DNA of 24,000 nt, taken from assembly GCA_963737555.1 (NCBI GenBank), contig CAVTTB010000008.1:341632-365631 (forward strand). The letters are read 5' to 3'. The stretch comes from an uncultured Gammaproteobacteria bacterium (GTDB taxonomy: Bacteria; Pseudomonadota; Gammaproteobacteria; Thiohalobacterales; Thiohalobacteraceae). Every line of letters starts with the position of its first letter. The stretch's first letter is position 1. A program made the position numbers and the translations under genes. Below are positions 16,556 to 24,000 of the stretch, one piece after another. The notes under the pieces were generated by a model. That model saw only the letters and a program-made list of their open reading frames with translations, was not told where the DNA came from and searched no databases.

Positions 16556-17641
16556 ATGGATGCCATGGTGGTCGCAACCTTCATCTTGGGATTGGTGCTG
16601 CTGGTCGGCGGCGCCGAGGTTTTGGTGCGCGGCGCTTCGCGTCTTGCGGTGGCGATTGGTGTGTCGCCACTCATCATCGGACTAACTGTCGTCGCTTTCG
16701 GTACGAGTGCGCCAGAAATGGCCGTGAGCGTGCGCTCTGCGCTTAGCGGCCAGGCGGGTGCGGACATCGCTATTGGTAATGTGGTTGGCAGCAATATCTT
16801 TAATGTACTGTTCATTCTTGGATTATCTGCGGCGATTGCGCCGCTGGTGGTGTCGCAGCGCCTGGTGCGCATAGACGTGCCGCTGATGATTGGCGCATCG
16901 GTGCTCATGTTGTTGCTTTCCCTGGATGGCAAGCTGGGTCGTTTGGATGGCGGGTTGTTATTCGCGGGCATACTCGCCTACACGGTGTTTGCCATTCTGG
17001 ACGGACGCAGAGAATCGCAAGCTGTTGCGGCGGAATATGCTGAGGAATTTTCGAAAAGCCCGCGCACGCCGCTGGGCTATCTTATCAATCTGCTGTACAT
17101 CGTCGGCGGTCTGGCCTTGCTGGTGTTGGGTGCACATTGGCTGGTCGACGCTGCTGTGATCATTGCGCGTGCACTGGGCGTGAGTGAGTTGGTGATCGGA
17201 CTGACCATTGTTTCCGTCGGCACTTCACTGCCGGAAGTGGCGACGTCGGTGATGGCAAGCATCAAGGGCGAGCGTGACATTGCTGTTGGCAACGTCGTTG
17301 GCAGCAACATTTTCAATATCCTCGCGGTGCTCGGGCTGGCCGCGTTGGTCGCGCCCGCCGGCGTTAATGTTGCGCCATCCGTATTGAGTTTCGACATGCC
17401 GATCATGATCGCCGTGGCGATTGCCTGCCTGCCGATCTTTTTCACGGGCTACACCATTGCCCGCTGGGACGGTTTCGTGTTTCTGATGTACTACGTGTTG
17501 TACCTCGCCTTTCTGGTCGGATCGGCGGCGGGTTATACCGGGTTGGTGAGTTTCAGTGTGGGTATGCTCACCTTCGTCGTTCCGCTCACCTTGATCACGA
17601 TCAGCATTGCGCTCTGGCGTCAATGGCGAAACAAAATATAG
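16556..17641 (+). CDS. CaCA-family Ca2+/cation (Na+) antiporter, YrbG-like
   Basis: 361 aa, multi-TM, with two alpha-repeats: GLTVVAFGTSAPEMAVS...GNVVGSNIFNVL and GLTIVSVGTSLPEVATS...GNVVGSNIFNIL. Confidence 0.88.
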   Translation: MDAMVVATFILGLVLLVGGAEVLVRGASRLAVAIGVSPLIIGLTVVAFGTSAPEMAVSVRSALSGQAGADIAIGNVVGSNIFNVLFILGLSAAIAPLVVSQRLVRIDVPLMIGASVLMLLLSLDGKLGRLDGGLLFAGILAYTVFAILDGRRESQAVAAEYAEEFSKSPRTPLGYLINLLYIVGGLALLVLGAHWLVDAAVIIARALGVSELVIGLTIVSVGTSLPEVATSVMASIKGERDIAVGNVVGSNIFNILAVLGLAALVAPAGVNVAPSVLSFDMPIMIAVAIACLPIFFTGYTIARWDGFVFLMYYVLYLAFLVGSAAGYTGLVSFSVGMLTFVVPLTLITISIALWRQWRNKI

Positions 17642-17688
17642 GGCGTAACCATCGCAGCGAATTGCGCCGGTTGTTATCGGTGTCTTTT

Positions 17689-18849
17689 CTACGGTGATGA
17701 CAGCGTCACGAATAATTCATTGGCAAGTTCAAAGCTCGCATCGGCGTTTTCACTCAGCACATTGATGTGCCCCATCTTGCGGCCGGGCCGCGCCTCGCGT
17801 TTGCCGTATAGATGCAGCTTGGCTTCGGCATGGCTGAACACCTGTTGCCAATCCGGCTGGCTGTCACCCCACACATCGCCGAGCAGATTCAGCATCGTCA
17901 CGGGCGAGAGTAACCGCGTCGAGCCTAACGGCAGACCACACAACGCGCGCACCTGCTGCTCGAACTGCGAGCTCGCACAGGCGTCCAGCGTGTAATGACC
18001 GCTGTTGTGCGGACGTGGCGCGATTTCATTGATCAGCAACTCACCGTCGGTGGTGAAGAAGAATTCCACCGCCAGCACGCCGACGTAGTCCAACTCTGCG
18101 GCGACGCGCTGTGCCATGCCGACGGCGAGTTCTGCGACGCCCGCGGCGATGCAGCCCGGCACGCGCGTGGTGTGCAGAATGCCGTTGCGGTGGATGTTTT
18201 CACCGACCGGGTAGACGGCGGTTTCACCGTCCGTGCCACGCGCCAGCACGACGGATAACTCCTGCGCGAGCTTGACCTTCTCTTCCAGCACACACGGATA
18301 ATGGCCCAGTTGCGCGAAGGCGGCGCGCGCTTGCGCTACGTTGTCCACGGGTAACTGTCCCTTGCCGTCATATCCGAGCGTTGCCGTCTTGAGCAGGGCT
18401 GGCAGACGTAAGCTCGTGACAGCAGCGGCAAGATCGTCTTCGTGTTGGATGGCAAAGAACGGTGCCGTGGCCAGCCCTAAATCGCGTAAGAAGGTTTTTT
18501 CGAGAATCCGGTCGCGCGCGACGGCGACGGCCGCGGCGCTCGGGCGCACCGGGCAGTGTGCGGTCAGGGTTTCCAGTGTCGTGGCGGGGACGCTTTCCCA
18601 CTCGGTCGTGATGGCGGCGCATTCGGCACCCATGCGGGCGAGCGCAGCGGCATCGGTGTAATCGGCGCACAGATGCATATCGGCGACGGCGCCGGCGGGA
18701 CTGTTGGGATCGGGATCAAGCACCAGCACGCGATAGCCGAGCGTGCGCGCCGCGAGGGTGAACAGGCGGCCGAGTTGTCCACCGCCGAGAACACCCAGCG
18801 TTGCGCCTGGCAAAATTGGGCCGAGGCTATGCGCGTCGCTTCGGTTCAC
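17689..18849 (-). CDS. purK: N5-carboxyaminoimidazole ribonucleotide synthase (ATP-grasp)
   Basis: About 386 aa from GTG 18849, which overlaps the purE stop as GTGA. Motifs: [52 protein letters not shown] and GRKMGHINV. Confidence 0.88.
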   Translation of the reverse strand: MNRSDAHSLGPILPGATLGVLGGGQLGRLFTLAARTLGYRVLVLDPDPNSPAGAVADMHLCADYTDAAALARMGAECAAITTEWESVPATTLETLTAHCPVRPSAAAVAVARDRILEKTFLRDLGLATAPFFAIQHEDDLAAAVTSLRLPALLKTATLGYDGKGQLPVDNVAQARAAFAQLGHYPCVLEEKVKLAQELSVVLARGTDGETAVYPVGENIHRNGILHTTRVPGCIAAGVAELAVGMAQRVAAELDYVGVLAVEFFFTTDGELLINEIAPRPHNSGHYTLDACASSQFEQQVRALCGLPLGSTRLLSPVTMLNLLGDVWGDSQPDWQQVFSHAEAKLHLYGKREARPGRKMGHINVLSENADASFELANELFVTLSSP

Positions 18850-19359
18850 GGTAAATGCGAATCGGATTGCGGTGGCAGGCGCATAGCCAGCACCGCCTGT
18901 TCCTGCTCTTTGCGCAGGCGATCCAAGTGCGCGGCGAGCGCCGGATCGGACAACGGCGAGAATACTGGCCGCGTACAGGGCCGCGTTGGCGGCGCCCGCC
19001 TCACCGATGGCAAAGGTCGCGACCGGCACGCCTTTGGGCATTTGCACAATCGACAGCAACGAGTCCATGCCTTTCAGATATTTCGACGGCACCGGCACAC
19101 CGAGCACCGGCACGGTGGTCTTGGCCGCCAACATGCCGGGCAGATGCGCCGCGCCGCCGGCGCCGGCGATGATGCAGGCGATGCCGCGGCTGCGGGCGGT
19201 CACGGCATAGTCGAACAATAGATCGGGGGTGCGGTGTGCGGAGACGACCCGGGCCTCATAGGCGATGCCGAGTTGTTCGAGCATGCTGGCGGCATGCTGC
19301 ATGATGTCCCAGTCACTGCTGCTGCCCATGACCAGGCCGATGCGGGGTGTTTCGCTCAT
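18846..19359 (-). CDS. purE: N5-CAIR mutase. Apparent +1 frameshift near 18951-18954.
   Basis: From ATG 19359: [23 protein letters not shown]...SAHRTPDL...[24 protein letters not shown]...[10 protein letters not shown]. The native-looking C-terminus [34 protein letters not shown] continues one frame over (ORF 18846..19049). Confidence 0.85.
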
Positions 19360-19436
19360 GTTCGTGGTGCCCTTGTAGACGGACCCAAAACCCGGGAAAC
19401 GCCGCATTCTAACAGATTGGGATCGGGGGCCAGCAT

Positions 19437-19508
19437 TGTAGGAGCGGCCTGCGGCCGCGAATAGCGGGTTCGGAGCTGAACCGTTCGCGGCCGCAAGCCG
19501 CTCCTACA
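19437..19508. repeat. REP-like extragenic palindrome (copy 2), in the purE/purC divergent spacer
   Basis: TGTAGGAGCGGCCTGCGGCCGCGAA (19437-19461) and TTCGCGGCCGCAAGCCGCTCCTACA (19484-19508) are 25-nt inverted arms with 1 mismatch. Confidence 0.85.
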
Positions 19509-19578
19509 AAAGGCCCTGAACCCAGGACCTGCCACCCAGGTACAATACCCCGCTTTCACACCCAGCCCGGAGCGCGCC

Positions 19579-20466
19579 ATGCAAGCGTCCCTGTACGAAT
19601 CCGATCTGAAGAGCCTGCCCCTGATTTATCGCGGCAAGGTGCGCGACGTATATGGGGTGGATGACGACACCTTGCTGATCGTGACCACCGACCGCTTGTC
19701 GGCCTTCGACGTGATCCTGCCCGAGCCGATACCGGGCAAGGGCGCGGTGCTCACGGCGGTGTCGAATTTCTGGTTCGAGCGTATGCGCAGCATCATCCCC
19801 AATCACCTCGCCGATCTGACGCTCGAACAGGTGCTGCCCGACGCGTCCGAACGCGCCCAGGTCGAGGGCCGTGCCGTGGTCGCGCGCAAACTGAAGGCTC
19901 TGCCGGTCGAGGCCATCGTGCGCGGTTATCTCATCGGCACCGGTTGGAAGGATTATCAGAACAGCGGCGCGGTCTGCGGCATTGCACTGCCCGCCGGTCT
20001 GCGCATGGCCGATCGTTTGCCCGAGCCGATCTTCACGCCCTCGACCAAGGCCGCCGTCGGTATCCACGATGAGAACATCGACTTTGCTCAAGCCGAAAAA
20101 ATTCTCGGCAAGGATATCGCCGCGCAAGTGCGCGATGTGAGTCTGCGCATTTATAAAGAGGCGGCCGCTTATGCGTTGGAGCGCGGCATTATCATCGCCG
20201 ACACCAAATTCGAATTCGGTCTGGATGAAAACGGCACGCTGGTGCTGATCGACGAAGCGCTCACACCGGATTCGTCACGTTTCTGGCCGGTCGATGAATA
20301 TCAGCCCGGCGTGAGTCCGCCGAGTTTCGACAAACAGTTCGTGCGCGACTATCTGGAAACGCTGGACTGGAACAAGACCGCGCCCGGCCCGAAGCTGCCG
20401 CAGGAAGTTATCGCCAAGACCGCCGAGAAATACCGCGAGGCACAACGGCGACTGACAGGTCAGTAA
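19579..20466 (+). CDS. purC: SAICAR synthetase
   Basis: 295 aa. Motifs: [68 protein letters not shown] and [11 protein letters not shown]. Confidence 0.95.
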   Translation: MQASLYESDLKSLPLIYRGKVRDVYGVDDDTLLIVTTDRLSAFDVILPEPIPGKGAVLTAVSNFWFERMRSIIPNHLADLTLEQVLPDASERAQVEGRAVVARKLKALPVEAIVRGYLIGTGWKDYQNSGAVCGIALPAGLRMADRLPEPIFTPSTKAAVGIHDENIDFAQAEKILGKDIAAQVRDVSLRIYKEAAAYALERGIIIADTKFEFGLDENGTLVLIDEALTPDSSRFWPVDEYQPGVSPPSFDKQFVRDYLETLDWNKTAPGPKLPQEVIAKTAEKYREAQRRLTGQ

Positions 20467-20479
20467 TGCGGATCGGTAT

Positions 20480-20520
20480 GTCCCGCGCCAGCAAGTCCGG
20501 CGCGGACGCTGTCTTTAATA
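20480..20520 (+). terminator. Candidate purC terminator hairpin
   Basis: CCGCGCC (20483-20489), 9-nt loop, GGCGCGG (20499-20505). The stem can be extended with one bulge. It is followed by a short T-containing tract (gctgtcttta). Confidence 0.3.
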
Positions 20521-20655
20521 TCTCGCAAGATTACCCATAAAATAAATCCCCCCACTTCTGCCCGCCCATTTCCAGCGCGGCATCTTGTGTCCAAGAAATA
20601 CACCCGTCTTTGTGTGCGAATTGAAAGTCGCGTGTGTGCTTGATTTCGTGCGCAG

Positions 20656-20679
20656 CTGTACTAAATAGTACCTATACAG
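20656..20679. promoter_or_regulatory. Nested palindrome, candidate Rrf2-regulator operator upstream of the suf operon
   Basis: GTACTA-aa-TAGTAC is a perfect palindrome (20658-20671), nested in CTGTA...TACAG (20656-20660 / 20675-20679). Lies about 30-50 nt upstream of ATG 20710. Confidence 0.4.
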
Positions 20680-20709
20680 TCTTAATTATCACGCTTCGCG
20701 AGGATCCTC

Positions 20710-21156
20710 ATGCTGCGGATTTCCAAATTGACCGACTACGCCACCCTGCTGATGACGCGGCTTGCCCGTGAGCCGGGGAGTTGTTTCAGTGCGGCGCAAC
20801 TGGCGGACGCGTTGGGTGTGCCGCTGCCCACGGTGGCCAAGCTGCTGAAGCGCTTGTTGCAGGCGGAGCTGTTGGTCAGTGTGCGCGGCGCGGGTGGCGG
20901 TTACCTTCTCGCCTATGCGCCGCGGGCGATTTCGGTGGCCGATGTGGTGAGTGCCATCGAAGGTCCGGTCGCGCTGACGGAATGCGTACATGGGCCGGGC
21001 GGCTGCGCAATTGAAGATGGCTGCGCGACACGCGCCAACTGGCATGTCATCAGTCGCGCGGTGCGCACGGCGCTGGAGGGCGTGAGTCTGGCCGACATGG
21101 CGCTGCCGCGTCTGCGTACGATCCCGCTGCAACGCATGGCGGTGAAGGAGAAATGA
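20710..21156 (+). CDS. Rrf2-family Fe-S cluster assembly transcriptional regulator (IscR/SUF-regulator type)
   Basis: 148 aa. [19 protein letters not shown]...[38 protein letters not shown]. Three-Cys cluster motif: [15 protein letters not shown]. Lies directly upstream of sufB. Confidence 0.85.
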   Translation: MLRISKLTDYATLLMTRLAREPGSCFSAAQLADALGVPLPTVAKLLKRLLQAELLVSVRGAGGGYLLAYAPRAISVADVVSAIEGPVALTECVHGPGGCAIEDGCATRANWHVISRAVRTALEGVSLADMALPRLRTIPLQRMAVKEK

Positions 21157-21157
21157 G

Positions 21158-22613
21158 ATGGCCTATCCTGAAGTGCGCAATCCCGAAGTTGAAAAGCGCG
21201 TCGCCGACGAATACCGCTGGGGCTTTGTCACCGACATCGAACAGGAGACGGTGCCCAAAGGGCTGAACGAAGACGTCATCCGGCTGATATCGGCCAAGAA
21301 GAACGAGCCGGAGTTCATGCTCGACTGGCGCTTGCAGGCCTATCGCCACTGGCTGATGCAGACCGAGCCGACCTGGTCGTCAGTGCATCATCCGCCTATC
21401 GATTACCAGGACATACATTACTACTCTGCGCCGAAGACGCGCACGCAGCCGAAGGATTTGTCCGAGGTCGATCCGGAACTGTTGCGCACCTACGAGAAAC
21501 TCGGCATCCCATTACAGGAGCGCGAGGCACTGGCGGGTGTGGCGGTGGACGCGGTGTTCGATTCGGTATCGGTCGCCACCACGTTCAAGGACAAGCTGGA
21601 GAGTCTCGGCATTATTTTCTGTTCCTTCTCCGAAGCGGTGCAGAAACATCCAGAACTGGTGCGCCAATACCTCGGTTCGGTCGTGCCCTACACCGACAAT
21701 TATTTCGCCACGCTCAACTCGGCGGTGTTCACCGATGGCTCGTTCGTCTACGTGCCGAAAGGCGTGCGTTGCCCGATGGAGCTGTCGACCTATTTCCGCA
21801 TCAATGCCAAGAACAGTGGCCAGTTCGAGCGCACCCTGATTATCGCCGATGAAGGCGCGTACTGTGAGCTATCTGGAAGGCTGCACCGCGCCGATGCGCG
21901 ACGAGAATCAGTTGCATGCGGCGGTGGTGGAACTCATCGCCCTGGCAGACGCCCGCATCAAATATTCCACCGTGCAGAACTGGTATCCCGGCGACCGCGA
22001 AGGTCGCGGCGGTATCTACAATTTCGTCACCAAACGCGGCGACTGTCGCGGCGATCGTTCGCACATCTCCTGGACTCAGGTCGAGACCGGTTCGGCCATC
22101 ACCTGGAAATATCCGAGCTGCATCCTGCGTGGCGACGACAGCGTCGGCGAGTTTTATTCCGTGGCGCTGACCAACCATCACCAGCAGGCCGACACCGGCA
22201 CCAAGATGATTCACATCGGCCGCAACAGCCGCAGCACCATCGTCTCGAAAGGCATTTCCGCCGGCTTCGGCAGCAATGCCTATCGGGGTCTGGTGAAGGT
22301 TCTGCCGACGGCAGCGAATGCGCGCAACCACACACAATGCGATTCGCTGCTGATGAGCGACCATTGTGCCGCGCATACCTTCCCGTATATCGAGGTGAAG
22401 AACCCGACTGCGACAGTGGAGCACGAAGCCACCACCAGCAAGATCGGCGACGACCAGCTGTTCTATCTGCGCAGTCGCGGCTTGAGCGGGGAAGACGCGG
22501 TGAACCTGATCGTCAACGGTTTCTGCAAGGAAGTGTTCAAGGAACTGCCGATGGAGTTCGCGGTGGAAGCGCAGAAACTGCTCGCGGTGAGCCTGGAAGG
22601 CGCAGTGGGGTAA
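21158..22613 (+). CDS. sufB: Fe-S cluster assembly scaffold SufB. Apparent +1 frameshift at about 21863.
   Basis: ORF 21158.. reads ...[13 protein letters not shown] and then goes to nonsense. ORF 21849..22613 reads (V)[23 protein letters not shown]...[10 protein letters not shown]...[20 protein letters not shown]...[17 protein letters not shown]. Skipping t21863 joins them as ADEGAY|[10 protein letters not shown], a canonical SufB sequence. Confidence 0.9.
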
Positions 22614-22623
22614 GGAGAGCATC

Positions 22624-23394
22624 ATGCTGCATATCGAAAACCTGCACGTTTCCATCGGCGACAAACCCATCCTCGCCGGCATCGATCTCGCGGTGAAGGC
22701 GGGCGAGGTGCACGCCATCATGGGTCCGAACGGTTCGGGCAAGAGCACGCTCGCCCAGGTGCTGGCCGGGCGCGAGGGCTACACGGTGACCGCCGGCAGC
22801 GTGCGCTATCAGGATCAGGATCTGCTGGCGCTGGAACCGGAACAGCGCGCCCGCGCCGGCGTGTTCCTCGCCTTTCAATATCCGCTGGAGATTCCCGGCG
22901 TGGCCAATGTGCAATTGCTGCGCACCGCGCTCAACAGCATGCGGCTGGCGCGCGGCGAGAACGAACTCGACGCGATCGATTTTCTCGACACGGTGAAAGA
23001 CAAGCTGACGTTGCTGGGCATGGACGAGAGCTTTCTCTATCGCGCCGTCAACGAGGGCTTTTCCGGTGGCGAGAAGAAGCGCAACGAGATTCTGCAAATG
23101 GCGGTGCTGGAACCGCGGCTAGCCATCCTCGACGAGACCGATTCCGGGCTCGATATCGACGCGTTGAAAACCGTGGCGCAGGGGGTGAATGCACTGAAGA
23201 GTCCGGAGCGTGCAATTATCCTGGTCACACATTACCAGCGCTTGTTGAACTACATCGTCCCCGATCAGGTGCATGTGCTGTCGGGTGGACGGATTGTGCG
23301 TTCCGGCGATGCCGGTCTGGCGTTGGAGCTGGAAGAAAAGGGCTATGGCTGGCTTGCCCCGGAAGCACGGGTAGAAGTACAGGTGAGGGTGTAG
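22624..23394 (+). CDS. sufC: Fe-S cluster assembly ATPase SufC
   Basis: 256 aa. Motifs: Walker [56 protein letters not shown] and LVTHYQRLL. Confidence 0.95.
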   Translation: MLHIENLHVSIGDKPILAGIDLAVKAGEVHAIMGPNGSGKSTLAQVLAGREGYTVTAGSVRYQDQDLLALEPEQRARAGVFLAFQYPLEIPGVANVQLLRTALNSMRLARGENELDAIDFLDTVKDKLTLLGMDESFLYRAVNEGFSGGEKKRNEILQMAVLEPRLAILDETDSGLDIDALKTVAQGVNALKSPERAIILVTHYQRLLNYIVPDQVHVLSGGRIVRSGDAGLALELEEKGYGWLAPEARVEVQVRV

Positions 23395-23396
23395 CT

Positions 23397-24000
23397 ATGA
23401 ATCCTCTCACCCTCTCGCAGGCACTCGCCAGCACCGGTGGTTCACCACGTCTCATGTCGGCACGACAGGCGGCGCTGGAGAAATTTATCGCGCACGGTTT
23501 GCCGACGTCGCACGAGGAAGACTGGAAATACACCTCGCTGAAACTGCTGGAACAGACCGAATGGCACACACCGGAAGACGCGGCGATCGTACCCATCGCC
23601 GAAGAATATCCGGGCGGAGTTATGCATTTCAGCAATGGCCGCCTGACCGAGATCAGCCCGCAGGTGCGTCATGCGTTCAGTCTTGCCGTCCATGCCGACA
23701 GCGCGTTCGTGGTGCAACACCTCGGCACACTGGCGAGCGCTGCGGTATTGGCCCAGCTCAACAGCGCGTTGTGGACGGATGGTCTGCTGCTGCATGTCCC
23801 CGCCGGGCATAAGTCGGTAGCGCCGCTGTTCGCGGTGCACAGCGTCGGCGAAGCCGATGCCATGCTGCACACGCGCAACCTCATCGTGGTGGAGGCCGGT
23901 GCCGAGATGGTACTGGTGGAACATTACCGGGGCCTGCCCAATCTCCCGTACTGGAACAATCTGATTACCGAGATCGTGCTGGGCGAAGGCGCGCGGCTGA
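23397..24000 (+). CDS. sufD: Fe-S cluster assembly protein SufD (3' end beyond the window)
   Basis: My own translation from ATG 23397, 2 nt after the sufC stop: MNPLTLSQALASTGGSPRLMSARQAALEKFIAHGLPTSHEEDWKYTSLKLL...LNSALWTDGLLLHVPAGHKSVAPLFAVH...HTRNLIVVEAGAEMVLVEHY... The frame stays open to the window end, which is why it is absent from the ORF track. Confidence 0.85.
   Translation, partial: MNPLTLSQALASTGGSPRLMSARQAALEKFIAHGLPTSHEEDWKYTSLKLLEQTEWHTPEDAAIVPIAEEYPGGVMHFSNGRLTEISPQVRHAFSLAVHADSAFVVQHLGTLASAAVLAQLNSALWTDGLLLHVPAGHKSVAPLFAVHSVGEADAMLHTRNLIVVEAGAEMVLVEHYRGLPNLPYWNNLITEIVLGEGARL

Noticed and set aside
17689-19407. Natural bifunctional PurE-PurK fusion protein (572-aa ORF)
   Set aside because: A canonical PurE C-terminus and stop codon are recovered one frame over after a single surplus base (~18951-18954). 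The stop overlaps a GTG start for purK (GTGA). The fusion 'linker' is out-of-frame PurE sequence.

Overview
High-GC (roughly 60%) proteobacterial chromosomal segment from a CO2-fixing organism. I saw no rRNA, tRNA, CRISPR, transposase or integrase. Gene order, left to right: (1) the 3' part of a TauE/SafE-family permease and cysC (APS kinase). (2) A same-strand block of a ~384-aa protein that I read as LCIB-family / beta-carbonic-anhydrase-like, followed by six 'hydrogenase-4 / formate-hydrogenlyase-like' genes: NuoL-like HyfB, NuoH-like HyfC, HyfE, NuoN-like HyfF, a NuoCD-like large subunit and a NuoB-like small subunit. (3) Convergent on that block, a red-type form I RuBisCO operon, cbbL-cbbS-cbbX, plus a low-GC orphan ORF. 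(4) A divergent cbbR followed by a second tandem cbbR paralog. (5) A CaCA Ca2+/cation antiporter. (6) purE-purK on the minus strand and purC. (7) An Rrf2-family regulator with sufB-sufC-sufD, where sufD runs off the window. Main hunt result: the hydrogenase-like large subunit has lost all four NiFe-ligand cysteines and has no C-terminal processing peptide. The cluster also lacks the HyfH/HycF ferredoxin subunit, HyfA, formate dehydrogenase, hyp genes and a maturation protease. It is therefore not a hydrogenase but an 'Ehr-type' complex-I-like membrane module of unknown function. Its pairing with a candidate carbonic anhydrase, next to RuBisCO and two CbbR regulators, suggests an undescribed energy-coupled CO2-hydration / inorganic-carbon uptake system, analogous to cyanobacterial NDH-1/CupA and to DabAB. 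This is a hypothesis, not a demonstrated function. Technical caveat: five unrelated genes (TauE, the LCIB-like gene, the large subunit, purE, sufB) each carry an apparent single-base (+1) frameshift. These are most likely assembly indels. They split ORFs in the supplied track and create a false PurE-PurK fusion.
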